Notes: a model not told the origin generated them from the sequence alone. A DNA stretch of 64,000 bases from an uncultured bacterium (GCA_963777505.1 CAVZQN010000004.1:32001-96000); one strand, 5' to 3'; positions 29,606 through 40,408 are shown, counted from the first letter of the stretch. A program made the numbers and translations.

Positions 29606-30223
29606 TCACGCTTCACAAACTTCCTTTAAACGATCGAGTGCCTCAGCCCAGGAGTTGCGGACAGCATCCGCTTCATCTCTTGTTTGCAGTCTTGTTAGAT
29701 TGACAAGTAATCCAGTTTTGCCCTTTCCTTTGTCTTGAAATTGGGCATCAACCTGGAACGGCGCCGAAAATCCAGGGCTATTGAGCACGAGACGAATGTC
29801 TTTATTCTTTCGAACCCGAATAAAGTCCCCTTTTTCTCCATCCCTATTTTCAATCGCACCGCCATCCTTCACATCACCTTTTGTAGAGTTGCCAAACCAC
29901 TGGGATAGTTGCCCAATGTTTGACCAGGCATCGAAAACTTTTTCTACAGGTGCAGCAATGGTTTTTGTGGAACAAACAAAATAACCTTCGAATAGTCCAT
30001 CTTTCTTTCGCAGATCGTGCTTCTTTTCATATTCAACTGCGATTGTTGTGCACCACCAGAGATCCACTTTCTGTTCATACAAATGGGTATTTATTAATCG
30101 ACGTCCCTTTTTGAGACCGTCCCACGTATCGAGTTCTTTAAACCATTGATCGAGCGTTTTGCCCGTCGCCTTTTTTGCCGATTCATTTGTTACAGGTTGA
30201 TCTGGTTCCAATTTATATTTCAT
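29606..30223 (-). CDS. DUF4287-like N-terminus fused to an SRPBCC/AHA1-like domain
   Basis: AKKATGKTLDQWF and TIAAPVEKVFDAW. Confidence 0.7.
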   Translation of the reverse strand: MKYKLEPDQPVTNESAKKATGKTLDQWFKELDTWDGLKKGRRLINTHLYEQKVDLWWCTTIAVEYEKKHDLRKKDGLFEGYFVCSTKTIAAPVEKVFDAWSNIGQLSQWFGNSTKGDVKDGGAIENRDGEKGDFIRVRKNKDIRLVLNSPGFSAPFQVDAQFQDKGKGKTGLLVNLTRLQTRDEADAVRNSWAEALDRLKEVCEA

Positions 30224-30514
30224 TTTTTAACCCCGTCCCTCTCTTATACAACAAAATCGAATTAGTTTTTAGCTAAAGGAAGGATGATTTCATGTGTGAA
30301 ACTATGTTTCACCAGTTGAAACAAGAGGGAGGGGGGAGGCCCCCTATAGGGAGCCTCCTTCAGGGAATGGAATCAGGGACTAACTATAAAGAGAGTAGAG
30401 AGAAAAGGTTACGAACTGATTGTTACAGTGGGAAAAAAGTCGTGATAAGAGGAAGTAAAACGTAATGAGTAATTAGCTCTCGGCTGTCAGGTTACGGATT
30501 GCGAATTGCGCATT

Positions 30515-31502
30515 TCATTTAAGTCTCATTACGATGAACGTAACGATGTACGCAATCAAGCCGCAAATTGGGAATGTAAGAATCCAGGCCAGCACAATTT
30601 TCGCGGTGAGCCCCCATCGTACGGCTGAAAATCTGCGCGTCGCACCAACTCCCATGATTGCAGTGTTAATCGTGTGAGTTGTGCTTAAGGGGATGCCGAG
30701 CCTTGATGCGATTTCAATCGTAGTTGCTGCTCCCATTTCTGCAGCAAATCCTTGAGGCGTAGAAAGATGCGTCACGCGAAATCCCATTGTTTTCATAATA
30801 TTCCAACCGCCGACTAACGTGCCGATTGACATCGTAATCGCGCAAAGAAGAATCACCCAGAAAGGAATCTTAAATTCAGTGAATACACCGGCCAGCACCA
30901 GCGCCAGTGTAAACACACCCATAAATTTTTGGCCGTCATTGGAACCATGACTGAATGCCATAAAAGCAGAAGAGCCTACCTGCAAATAACGGAAAAGATA
31001 TCGAACAAACCCGGGAGTGGAATTTTTAAATATTCGATAAATCAAAGTCATAACAAGCAAGCCACCGCCAAAACCAAAGAAAGTAGAAAACACTGAGGCC
31101 GATCAGAACCTTTCGCCAACCTTCCCATAACAATGCTTCAGGTCCAACGGCAGCCAGCGCTGCGCCTGTTAAACCTGCAACGAGTGCATGACTTTCACTG
31201 GTAGGAAGGCCCCACAAAGCAGCAACTGTGCTCCAAATAATAATGCCAGTCATTGCGCTGCCCACAGTTGTTAGATTAATGATGTCTGGATTAACGATTC
31301 CTTTGCCGATTGTTGTCGCGACAGCCGTTCCTGAAAACATTACACCCAGAAGATTAAAAACCGCAGCCATTAAGATGGCTTGTAATGGTTTCAGAGCCCG
31401 AGTTGAAATTACTGTCGCAATCGCATTCGGCGCATCGGTCCAGCCATTAACAAATTCGGCTCCGAGAATCAGAAGCAAAACAACAATAAGTCCCAGATCC
31501 AT
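30515..31502 (-). CDS. pit: Inorganic phosphate transporter (PiT family) with a +1 frameshift near 31094
   Basis: NGWTDAPNAIAT and GLPTSESHAL in one frame; HGSNDGQK and IPLSTTH in the other. Confidence 0.9.
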
Positions 31503-31506
31503 CAGC

Positions 31507-32136
31507 TTAACCGTGCTTTACTACGATCCCTTCGATCGTGTTTGCGATGTCTTCACACTTATCGATCGCCTGTTCGGCAGCATCGTAAATCTCTTTCCAT
31601 TTGATTACATACAAAACATCGTCGGTTGAGTTGTTAAACAGATCGCCGATCGCTTTTTCATATGTTCGATCCCCACGATTTTCAAGACGATTAATTTCGA
31701 TGCACAAATCTAAGATTCTGCGCGGACGGTTGATATCGCGAACTGAAATAACTGCTTTTGATACATTTAGAACTGCCTCTTCTAATATTTCGGAAAGCTC
31801 AAGTAATTCCTTTGTACCCGACGTAATTTGGAACAATCGCATTCGTTCACTGACTGCATGAATGATGTCAACAACATCATCCAGGTCCTTAGCGAGGCCA
31901 TGTATGTCTTCGCGGTCGAGTGGAGTTACAAATGTCCGGTTGAGCATGTCGATAATTTCATGCGTTGTGATGTCGCATTCATGCTCCACCTCTTTCAATT
32001 TCTGTAAAGCTGGATGATTCGGTTTCCAATCACTTGCGAGTTCCTTGAGCAAAGCGGCTGCTGCCTGCAACCAACGAACCTGCTGCTCGAAAAAGTCAAA
32101 GAATTTCTCTTCACGAGGCATCAATGAAAAGCCCAC
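31507..32136 (-). CDS. DUF47 PhoU-like Pit accessory protein
   Basis: EHECD, TFVTPLDREDI, ENRGD, DKCED; adjacent to pit. Confidence 0.93.
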   Translation of the reverse strand: MGFSLMPREEKFFDFFEQQVRWLQAAAALLKELASDWKPNHPALQKLKEVEHECDITTHEIIDMLNRTFVTPLDREDIHGLAKDLDDVVDIIHAVSERMRLFQITSGTKELLELSEILEEAVLNVSKAVISVRDINRPRRILDLCIEINRLENRGDRTYEKAIGDLFNNSTDDVLYVIKWKEIYDAAEQAIDKCEDIANTIEGIVVKHG

Positions 32137-32224
32137 TATGGCCTCCTTAACAGGGATTTATGAAACAGGAAATAGTACAGAAACAAATCTGCAATATGGA
32201 TGATATTTGAGGTAAGGTGTTATT

Positions 32225-34042
32225 TCAAGAGTGCTGAAATACGAGGATACTTTGAGGGAGATGAATCAGAAATTGTGTGCCCTGGCCGAGGGCGCTTTCA
32301 ACTTTGATATTTCCGCCATGATTTTCGATTGCATGTTTTGCAATCGAAAGTCCAAGACCAGTACCACCCATTTCTTTCGAGCGGCTTTTATCAACACGAT
32401 AGAAACGTTCAAAAATACGTGAAAGTTGATCCTTCGGAATTCCACGTCCGTCATCTTTCACAACAATCTGGATTCCATCATTGACTAACTGAATCTTTAG
32501 TTCAATGTTTCCACCTTCATCGGTATATTTGATTGCATTATCTACAAGATTGCTGAGTGCATCGGAAAGCTGGCGTGGATCCGCATTTAAGATTACAGGA
32601 TCTATAGGCATCATAACTCGCAGCGTCTGATTTTTTTTCTCAGCAAGCGGTTCATATACCATGTTGATATCGGATATGAATTCATTCAATTCAATATTTT
32701 GCCTTCTGATGGGAGTTTGCGTATCTTCTGCAGCTGCAAGAGCGAGCATATCTTTGACCAGGTTTTGGGTATTCCGCAATTGTTTGTCCATGATTTCCAA
32801 AAACTTTTTGCATTCTTCAGGAGTTTTATAAGCTCCATCGAGTAATGCTTCAGTTGAACCGATCAGAGCTGTCAACGGAGTTCGAAGCTCATGACTAACA
32901 TTCGCTACAAAGTCCTTTCGAACTTGCTCCACGCGTTTAATGCCCGTAATGTCATGAAAAACAAGTAGAACCATACTTGGGGTTTCACCATTCCCTTCTA
33001 TACGGGAGGCTTGAACTGAGAAAGTTTTTTCACCGCTTGTTTGGTACAGGTGAATTTCGCGCGCCTCAACGGGTTCGAATTCGCTTTTTGAATCACGGGA
33101 TGTATCTAAAAGAGCTGAGATGTATTCCGATAATTCTGCATTTCTTGAAATTTCTAGAAATGTTTTCCCTTGAATGCGGTCCATTTTTAGTCCGAACATT
33201 GAACTAAAGGCGTTGTTTGCGAAGATTGCACGGCCGTTCCTATCAACCGCTAGAACTCCTTCAACCATTCGTGATAGCAGGGTCTCAGTTCTGCTATGTT
33301 CTTGTTGCATTGTCAATATTTTTTGATTGAGTTCATCGGCCATCTTATTGAAGTCATTCGCAAGTTCCTGAAATTCGATACTTCCTTCAACCGGGATTCT
33401 GTAATTCAAATCTCCTGTAGCGAGCCGTTTTGTTCCTGCTTTCAATTTTCGTAGTTGTGTTGTTTCCCCTTTCGATAGGAAGTAAGCAAATGGTAAGGTC
33501 AGCAAAACAGAAGCAAGAGCAGCGAGAAGTATGATATTTCGAGTATCCGCCATTTGGGCGTAATACGTGGATAGTGGAAATGAAAGACGCAGTACGCACA
33601 GGATCTGTTCGCCGCTGATGATGGGAACTGCGTAGTAGAGCATTTCATTTTGTACAGTTTGACTGAACCGCTTAACGTAGGTGGGATTTTTTTGCAAAGC
33701 AGCTCGGAACTCAGGGCGATCCGCATGATTTTCGAGATTTTCTAAACCACCGGCGATCGCCCAATTATCTGCCAGGACAGTGCCATCTGGAGCAATTAAA
33801 GTCAGACGATCACCTGTTCGAACCGATCTGGCTATTTCATTGGGACGTTCTAACAGCGTTGGATTTTGAGAAATCAAAAGTGCCAGTACATCAGTTTCTT
33901 TTCTCAGGTCTTCCTGAAGTGAACCAAGAGTTACCTTTGCAAGATTGCTATAGATCAAAGCGCCAAAAAGCAATGAACATAGCAGAACAATTGCTACAAG
34001 TGAAATAAATGATTTCCAGAAATAACTTTGAGGATGCATCAA
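32225..34042 (-). CDS. phoR: Phosphate regulon sensor kinase PhoR (HAMP-PAS-HisKA-HATPase)
   Basis: DFVANVSHELRTPLT, NAIKY, FERFYRVDKSRSKEMGGTGLGL. Confidence 0.92.
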   Translation of the reverse strand: MMHPQSYFWKSFISLVAIVLLCSLLFGALIYSNLAKVTLGSLQEDLRKETDVLALLISQNPTLLERPNEIARSVRTGDRLTLIAPDGTVLADNWAIAGGLENLENHADRPEFRAALQKNPTYVKRFSQTVQNEMLYYAVPIISGEQILCVLRLSFPLSTYYAQMADTRNIILLAALASVLLTLPFAYFLSKGETTQLRKLKAGTKRLATGDLNYRIPVEGSIEFQELANDFNKMADELNQKILTMQQEHSRTETLLSRMVEGVLAVDRNGRAIFANNAFSSMFGLKMDRIQGKTFLEISRNAELSEYISALLDTSRDSKSEFEPVEAREIHLYQTSGEKTFSVQASRIEGNGETPSMVLLVFHDITGIKRVEQVRKDFVANVSHELRTPLTALIGSTEALLDGAYKTPEECKKFLEIMDKQLRNTQNLVKDMLALAAAEDTQTPIRRQNIELNEFISDINMVYEPLAEKKNQTLRVMMPIDPVILNADPRQLSDALSNLVDNAIKYTDEGGNIELKIQLVNDGIQIVVKDDGRGIPKDQLSRIFERFYRVDKSRSKEMGGTGLGLSIAKHAIENHGGNIKVESALGQGTQFLIHLPQSILVFQHS

Positions 34043-34728
34043 TCAGGTACTTGTTCTCTTAGCTTGTACCCGAACGACTTAATCGTAGAAAGCGCTTCCG
34101 TTAAAAGAGGTATTTTCTGACGGAGTCTTGTGACATGAACATCAACCGTTCGAGTCGAGCCAAAATAATCATAACCCCAAACATGATTCAAAATCATGTC
34201 ACGGGTAAGGACTCGGCCTTTATTTTCAAGCATGTATAAAAGCAGTTCAAATTCTTTCGCTGTTAAATCGACTTCTCCGCCGTTCAAACGGATTTCATGT
34301 TTTACTGTATCAACCGAGAGCGGTCCATACTGAAATGTTCGTTCTGGAATTGCACCTTCACGGCGTCTTAAATGCGCCTTAATCCGCGCAACAAGTTCTT
34401 TCGCGCTGAAAGGTTTTGTAACGTAATCATCAGCACCAATTTCTAGTCCCTTTACTTTGTCAGCTTCTTCGGCCTTGGCAGTCAACATAATTACGGGAAT
34501 ATCTCTCAATCTTTCATCCGCTTTTAAACGACGGCAAGTTTCTGTCCCATCAAGACGGGGAAGCATCAAATCAAGAAGGATAAGATTTGGAATAACTTTT
34601 GCGGCTACTTCAAGGGCATGAAAGCCATCCTGAGCTACATGAACGCGATAATTTTCTTTCTCCAAATAATAGCGAAGGACTTCAATGATGTCTTTTTCGT
34701 CTTCAACAACGAGTATGTTCTTTCTCAT
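34039..34728 (-). CDS. phoB: OmpR-family response regulator PhoB/PhoP
   Basis: LLDLMLP, GADDYVTKPFS, RTVDVHVTRLRQK; lies between phoU and phoR. Confidence 0.9.
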   Translation of the reverse strand: MRKNILVVEDEKDIIEVLRYYLEKENYRVHVAQDGFHALEVAAKVIPNLILLDLMLPRLDGTETCRRLKADERLRDIPVIMLTAKAEEADKVKGLEIGADDYVTKPFSAKELVARIKAHLRRREGAIPERTFQYGPLSVDTVKHEIRLNGGEVDLTAKEFELLLYMLENKGRVLTRDMILNHVWGYDYFGSTRTVDVHVTRLRQKIPLLTEALSTIKSFGYKLREQVPD

Positions 34729-34732
34729 GTTT

Positions 34733-34816
34733 CAAAATAAAAAATCAAAAATCAAAGATAAAAAATGAGCTCAGGCTCAGACATTTTTGATTTTTTATTT
34801 TTCATTTTTTATTTTG
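34733..34816. repeat. Inverted heptamer-repeat array between phoU and phoB
   Basis: CAAAATAAAAAATCAAAAATCAAAGATAAAAAAT...ATTTTTGATTTTTTATTTTTCATTTTTTATTTTG; same family as 4792-4874. Confidence 0.75.
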
Positions 34817-35479
34817 TTACGCTTCTTCTGCATGATGACGAATATCTTTTGCTTCAACAAGATAAACTACATCTTCCGCAATGTTTGTTGCGTGATCAGC
34901 GATACGTTCCAGATGTCTTGACACTAAAATCAGTTGCATTCCGACCTGAATTGTTTGTGGATCGGAGATCATGTAAGTCAGGACTTCGCGGAAAACCTGA
35001 TTTTTCAGGGCATCGACTTCATCATCACGCATAACCGTAGCTCTGGCTTTCGAAGCATCTTCTTCAACGAAAGCATCAAGCGAATCTCTCACCATCTGCC
35101 GTGAAAGATCAGCCATTTTAGGAATATCGATCAGTGGTTTTAATTCGGGGAATTCAAGCAGCACTTTTGTGTTTTCATTGATGTTGATTGTAAGATCCCC
35201 AATCCTTTCTAAATCCGAGCTAATTTTTCCAGCAGCCACAATGAACCGCAGATCGTGCGCCATAGGCTGACGTAGAGCAAGTAATTTGAAGCACCGATCA
35301 TCAACGTCCAACTGAAGTCTATTCACGCTTTCTTCCAAATCAGGCAACTCCGCAGCAAGCGATTTATCGCGTTGAACCAGTGCCTGCATCGATAGGTGAA
35401 TCATTGTTTCAGCTTTAGCAGCCATTTTTAGCAGTTGCTGTTTTAGACTCGAAAGATCTTCTTCAAATTGTTTAGTCAT
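34817..35479 (-). CDS. phoU: Phosphate signalling protein PhoU
   Basis: QPMAHDLR, DLERIGD, DDEVD, LERIADHATNIAE. Confidence 0.95.
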   Translation of the reverse strand: MTKQFEEDLSSLKQQLLKMAAKAETMIHLSMQALVQRDKSLAAELPDLEESVNRLQLDVDDRCFKLLALRQPMAHDLRFIVAAGKISSDLERIGDLTININENTKVLLEFPELKPLIDIPKMADLSRQMVRDSLDAFVEEDASKARATVMRDDEVDALKNQVFREVLTYMISDPQTIQVGMQLILVSRHLERIADHATNIAEDVVYLVEAKDIRHHAEEA

Positions 35480-35542
35480 GAATGTGCGCTTCCTTCATTT
35501 TGCTGACTTCAGCAAGCCTGAAATCGTCTGTCTGAAGTCGGT

Positions 35543-35596
35543 AGAGTACAGTCCTAATTTTACGTTAACATGAAGGATATGTTTCGGGAATGTTAA
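35543..35596 (-). promoter_or_regulatory. Pho-box-like array plus -10, upstream of phoU-phoB-phoR
   Basis: Minus strand: TTAACA-N5-GAAACA-N5-TTCATG-N5-GTAAAA-N9-TACTCT. Confidence 0.7.
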
Positions 35597-35683
35597 ATCT
35601 ACTGTTTGCTCCTCGTATCCGGCAAGCGTATGTGAAATCCCAATACATTGTTGTCCTCTCTCTTTAACACATCTTCCTTTGAA

Positions 35684-35737
35684 TTTACGGTTCTGAAACA
35701 GTGTATTGCAACTTCATTCATCATTTATTCGTAAGCT
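35684..35737 (+). promoter_or_regulatory. Pho-box-like array plus -10, upstream of the SpoIIE phosphatase
   Basis: TTTACG-N5-GAAACA-N5-TTGCAA-N5-TTCATC-N9-TAAGCT, with ATG 7 nt later. Confidence 0.55.
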
Positions 35738-35744
35738 ACTTTCT

Positions 35745-36923
35745 ATGAATTCATTAATTATTTCGAAACTAGAACCAAAGCAATTTTATAGAAAGTTAGA
35801 ACTCCTCTTCAGTGAGCTTGTGGCTGCCGGGCCATTAAGGAAATTTGCGGCGCAGTTTGCTCAACAATTCTGCAAACATTTTGCTGAACAATTAAGCGTC
35901 CAATCTCTAATAGCTGTTGATCTTTTGAACGATGAACCGGAGATTCTGTATCAATGGGGAATCATGGATCATCCAATTGATCAGAGTCTTATTTCAAAAA
36001 TTCACGATACTGAGCTTCCTTGGGTTGGTGAATGGGATGGTTCCGTAGCGGCTATATTCTCAATTGGTGAACATGTTGAACTTTTGATTTGTGTAACACT
36101 CGAACGACCGGTTAGTTCTGACAATTCAGCCTTTTGTTCACACATCTATTCACTGTTTTCATCTCTCCATTACACGCTGGGTCAATATTTAAAAAGACTC
36201 GAATTGCAGGATGCATTTGATCAAGCTCGGGCGATTCAGATGAGTTTGTTGCCTGCCCCAGAACTTAGGTTTGGTCGATTTGAAATTGCTGCAGCCACTG
36301 TTCCGGCTCATTCTGTTGGGGGAGATGTGTTCGATTTCCAGTTACTAAACAATGAGAAATTGTCACTCGTAATAGGCGATGCGGCTGGACATGGTTTGCC
36401 TGCAGCATTGCAAGCTCGCGATCTGATCATCGGATTGCGAATGGGGTTTGAGCTTGAACAAGATATTGTACAAATCGCAGGAAAACTCAATCATGTCATT
36501 CATCGAAGCGGACTCGTTTCGCGTTTCGCTTCATTATTCTTAGCTACCCTCCATTCTTCAGGATTGTTCACATATGTGAATGCAGGTCATCCTCACCCTT
36601 TGTTATTGAACTCAGATGGATTTCAATCACTCAACTCATCTAACATGATTCTTGGTCCAAATCCTGACACTGTCTACACTTCTTCAAATGTGAATTTGTC
36701 CCCTGGATCAATGTTAGCCCTTGTTACTGACGGCTTACTTGAGCATTCAAATAGTCATGGAGTTGAATTCGGGCAACAAGAACTCAAGCGCTGGATGTGT
36801 GATTGGCAGGATCAAGAGGCAACTAAGGCTGTTCATGATCTCTTTGTGAGATTGAACATTTTTGGAAAAAATCGTCCTTTTCGGGACGATGCCTCAGTGG
36901 TTTTGGTAATTTGTCGTCAGTAA
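35745..36923 (+). CDS. SpoIIE/RsbU-type PP2C Ser/Thr phosphatase with a GAF-like N-terminus
   Basis: ARAIQMSLLP, VGGDVFD, GDAAGHG, NAGH, TDGL, DDAS. Confidence 0.88.
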   Translation: MNSLIISKLEPKQFYRKLELLFSELVAAGPLRKFAAQFAQQFCKHFAEQLSVQSLIAVDLLNDEPEILYQWGIMDHPIDQSLISKIHDTELPWVGEWDGSVAAIFSIGEHVELLICVTLERPVSSDNSAFCSHIYSLFSSLHYTLGQYLKRLELQDAFDQARAIQMSLLPAPELRFGRFEIAAATVPAHSVGGDVFDFQLLNNEKLSLVIGDAAGHGLPAALQARDLIIGLRMGFELEQDIVQIAGKLNHVIHRSGLVSRFASLFLATLHSSGLFTYVNAGHPHPLLLNSDGFQSLNSSNMILGPNPDTVYTSSNVNLSPGSMLALVTDGLLEHSNSHGVEFGQQELKRWMCDWQDQEATKAVHDLFVRLNIFGKNRPFRDDASVVLVICRQ

Positions 36924-36929
36924 ATTGAT

Positions 36930-36983
36930 TTTACATTTCTGAAACATTGCATTGATATCTTTGCAATTACGGGTCCGTAGACT
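36930..36983 (+). promoter_or_regulatory. Pho-box-like array plus -10, upstream of pstS
   Basis: TTTACA-N5-GAAACA-N5-TTGATA-N5-GCAATT-N9-TAGACT. Confidence 0.75.
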
Positions 36984-37038
36984 GAATACTCGCGTATCTA
37001 GCGAAAAAACCTTAACGAACTGTTAGAAGGAGATAATT

Positions 37039-37998
37039 ATGAGAAAACACCTTATTGCTCTGGCCATACTACTTATGGCAGCACCCTTTGCTGTTGCTCA
37101 GCAGGTACAGGTGGATGCCGCGATTTCAAGCTATACCCCTGTCAGTGGTGTATCAGGAAATATTAGCAGTGTTGGATCAGACACACTGAATAACTTAATG
37201 ACTCTATGGGCAGAGTCCTTCAAAGCAAAATATCCAAATATCAAAGTTCAAATTGAAGGCAAAGGCTCATCGACGGCTCCGCCAGCATTGATAGAAGGCA
37301 CGGCGCAATTTGGGCCGATGAGCCGTGAGATGAAATCAACAGAAATTGATGCATTTGAAAAAAAGTATGGATACAAACCAACTCCGATTAAAGTTGCTAT
37401 CGATGCTCTGGCGGTTTATGTGCACAAGGACAATCCACTTCAAGGTTTAACACTTCAACAAGTGGACGGCATTTTTTCAACTACACGAAAGACTGGTGGA
37501 AAAAATGCAACGACATGGGGTCAGGTTGGCTTAACAGGTGATTGGGCGAATAAGCCATTTTCGCTCTATGGCCGTAACAGCGCTTCCGGAACCTATGGAT
37601 TCTTCAAAGAAGTCGCACTCGCTAAAGGCGATTATCGCCCAACTGTAAAAGAACAACCGGGTTCCTCTTCAGTTGTGCAAGGTGTGTCCAGTGATTTGGG
37701 CGGAATCGGCTATTCAGGAATCGGTTATAAAACCTCCGGCGTAAAAGCAATTGGTCTTGGAAAAGATGCTGGCAAGTTTTCCGAACCAACTTATGAAAAT
37801 GCTTTGAATGGAAGCTATCCTCTAGCACGCTTCCTTTATATTTATGTCAACAAAGCTCCAGATCAGCCAATGGATAATCTCTCGAAAGAGTTCATCCGTT
37901 TTATTTTGTCCAAGGAAGGACAACAGATCGTTGTGAAGGATGGATACTATCCACTTCCTGCAAATTTAACTGAGCAAATGGTTGGACAACTAAAATAA
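37039..37998 (+). CDS. pstS: Phosphate ABC transporter substrate-binding protein
   Basis: Signal peptide, [34 protein letters not shown]. Confidence 0.95.
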   Translation: MRKHLIALAILLMAAPFAVAQQVQVDAAISSYTPVSGVSGNISSVGSDTLNNLMTLWAESFKAKYPNIKVQIEGKGSSTAPPALIEGTAQFGPMSREMKSTEIDAFEKKYGYKPTPIKVAIDALAVYVHKDNPLQGLTLQQVDGIFSTTRKTGGKNATTWGQVGLTGDWANKPFSLYGRNSASGTYGFFKEVALAKGDYRPTVKEQPGSSSVVQGVSSDLGGIGYSGIGYKTSGVKAIGLGKDAGKFSEPTYENALNGSYPLARFLYIYVNKAPDQPMDNLSKEFIRFILSKEGQQIVVKDGYYPLPANLTEQMVGQLK

Positions 37999-38010
37999 AG
38001 TTCTTGGTTC

Positions 38011-38039
38011 GGGGCAGACGCCTTAATTGGCGCTGCCCC
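38011..38039 (+). other. Intercistronic hairpin after pstS
   Basis: GGGGCAGACGCC-TTAATT-GGCGCTGCCCC, with no U-tract. Confidence 0.5.
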
Positions 38040-40384
38040 AGATTCCTTGGAGTGTGAAAAAAGTGTCAACTGCAGCGCCTCCTGAAGTCGCTCCTGAAAA
38101 GGTCACATCAGAAAAAATTGAAACACTTTCAAAAAGGTTTCAGCCTTCCAAAGCAGTTCTATTAATAGACCGCTGGATGACGCACTTCATCAAGGTTGGT
38201 GGTGTATTAATTATTGCAGCGGTGCTGGGGATCTTTGTTTTTATCACATATCAAGTAATTCCTCTCTTCGGTGGTGCTGAGGTTCGTCCTCAAAAGAAAA
38301 TTGATTTGCCTGCAAGTAATTTTCAAGTACTTGGCATTGATGAATGGGGAGAACTTCCTGTTCTTGTGGATCCGCAAGGTACGATTTCTTTTTTCGACAT
38401 AACCGGGAAAAAAGGACACCAAACCGTTAGCCTTGGTCTACCGGAACAAAAAAAAGTAAGCGCCTTTAAATACAATCCGATTGGACAAGAGATTATTCTT
38501 GGAACTGAGGATGGAAATTTTACGGTAGTTCAAATTAATTATGCTACGAAATTCGAAGGCGGAAAGCGTTTCGTAGGCCAAGACTTGAAAGCGAGCCCTT
38601 TTGTTCAGATCGGACAACCAGGCTTTCCTATTCGTAATATTGCGTACGGAGATTCTGGGACAGATAAGCTCGTTGCAACGGTTCAGGATATCAACGGCCA
38701 GACTGAAGTCTATGCTACAACGCTCACTCAAGAACGAAGCTTAATGGGAAGCGGCGAAATTGTTCAGGGTCAAACTGTTAACTTGAGTCACCATTTTCGT
38801 TCAAAGCCTGAAACAATTGCCGTCAATCAGCAAGCGAATGCTGTTGTTGTCTCTACAGACAATGGCGATATGTATTATTTTGATAGGTCAGGGGATGAGA
38901 TTCCCCTCCGTCAAACTTTCCAGGCATTTTCGGATCAGAAAGAAAAAACAGTTTCCTCCATGGACTTTCTATTTGGAGGAGCTTCTCTGATTTTAACCAA
39001 CCCTGGCGGAGTGAATCGGACTTTTACTTTATATGAAAAAACTGGAGAGGAAGGACGTCTCTTTCATCAGACCAAAGAATTTCCGGCTTTGGAAGGTGGT
39101 GGGTCTTTTTATGCTAACAGCGTCCGTAATAAAGCATTCCTTATCGGATCAGGTTCTGAGGCATCTTTAAGATATGGAACAACTGGAGATGTTCGTTGGC
39201 AGGAAAAACTTCCATTTGAAGTTACATCCGGTGTGATCGGCGGAAAGTATAACAGTCTCATATTTTTAGATAACAAGAATCATAAACTACACATTTATGA
39301 ATTGGAGGATCCGCATCCGGAATCCAGTTTAAAGGCTCTGTTTGGCAAGGTTTGGTATGAAGGTTCTCCTGAACCGAAATATGAATGGCAATCAACGGGA
39401 GCGACTGATGATTTTGAACCTAAACTTTCTCTGATTCCATTGATCATTGGAACTTTGAAAGGCACGTTTTATGCGATGTTATTTGCTACACCGATCGCAT
39501 TGCTTGCAGCGATTTATACTTCGCAATTCCTTCATCCCCGTTTTCGCATCATAGTAAAACCAACGATGGAAATCATGGCATCACTTCCATCGGTTGTTTT
39601 GGGATTTCTTGCTGCACTATGGCTGGCTCCGGTTCTGGAGACGAAAGTTCCTTCAATTATTATGATCTTAATTACGGTTCCAACCGTTTCGTTGTTAATT
39701 GGTTGGTTATGGGGATTTTTACCGGTTGAACTTCGTGTAAAGATTAGACCTGGCTACGAATGGATCGCATTCATTCCGATTCTGTTGGTTGTCTCATATG
39801 TGGCATGGCAGATGGGACCAATCTTAGAGAAAGCACTTTTTACAGTCAAAGATCCCACAACAGGAATTGTAATTCCTGATTTCCGATTATGGTGGACTTA
39901 CGTCACGAATTTTCCATATGAGCAACGCAATTCTCTTGTTGTCGGATTCATGATGGGCTTTGCCGTAATTCCAATCATTTTCACAATTGCCGAAGATGCT
40001 TTATCGAACGTTCCAGGTGCGTTAAGATCGGGATCTCTCGCTCTTGGTGCAAGCCGCTGGCAAACTGCATTGAGAATTGTACTTCCTACGGCATCAGCCG
40101 GAATCTTTTCAGCGATTATGATCGGGCTTGGCCGCGCCGTAGGTGAAACGATGATCGTTGTGATGGCTACCGGAAATACTCCAATCATGGATTTCAACAT
40201 CTTTTCCGGAATGCGAACGCTATCGGCAAATATCGCAGTTGAACTTCCTGAAGCTCCGGTTCACGGGACATTGTATCGTGTGTTGTTTCTTGGCGGTTTA
40301 GCTTTATTTATTCTTACTTTCGTTGTGAATACATTTGCCGAAATATTGCGACAACATCTCAGAGAAAAATACAAAACTGTATGA
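38027..40384 (+). CDS. pstC: Phosphate ABC permease PstC, large form with a periplasmic beta-rich insertion; true start may be slightly downstream
   Basis: WQSTGATDDFEPKLSL, LPSVVLG, AVGETMIV. Confidence 0.92.
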   Translation: MALPQIPWSVKKVSTAAPPEVAPEKVTSEKIETLSKRFQPSKAVLLIDRWMTHFIKVGGVLIIAAVLGIFVFITYQVIPLFGGAEVRPQKKIDLPASNFQVLGIDEWGELPVLVDPQGTISFFDITGKKGHQTVSLGLPEQKKVSAFKYNPIGQEIILGTEDGNFTVVQINYATKFEGGKRFVGQDLKASPFVQIGQPGFPIRNIAYGDSGTDKLVATVQDINGQTEVYATTLTQERSLMGSGEIVQGQTVNLSHHFRSKPETIAVNQQANAVVVSTDNGDMYYFDRSGDEIPLRQTFQAFSDQKEKTVSSMDFLFGGASLILTNPGGVNRTFTLYEKTGEEGRLFHQTKEFPALEGGGSFYANSVRNKAFLIGSGSEASLRYGTTGDVRWQEKLPFEVTSGVIGGKYNSLIFLDNKNHKLHIYELEDPHPESSLKALFGKVWYEGSPEPKYEWQSTGATDDFEPKLSLIPLIIGTLKGTFYAMLFATPIALLAAIYTSQFLHPRFRIIVKPTMEIMASLPSVVLGFLAALWLAPVLETKVPSIIMILITVPTVSLLIGWLWGFLPVELRVKIRPGYEWIAFIPILLVVSYVAWQMGPILEKALFTVKDPTTGIVIPDFRLWWTYVTNFPYEQRNSLVVGFMMGFAVIPIIFTIAEDALSNVPGALRSGSLALGASRWQTALRIVLPTASAGIFSAIMIGLGRAVGETMIVVMATGNTPIMDFNIFSGMRTLSANIAVELPEAPVHGTLYRVLFLGGLALFILTFVVNTFAEILRQHLREKYKTV

Positions 40385-40408
40385 CAACGCAAAGCGTGCA
40401 AAAAAATA

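Noticed and set aside
32160-32225. Pho-box arrays before DUF47-pit, CHAD (23641-23700) and mgtE (26085-26124)
   Set aside because: Only partial hexamers, lacking the fixed four-unit plus 9-nt geometry.
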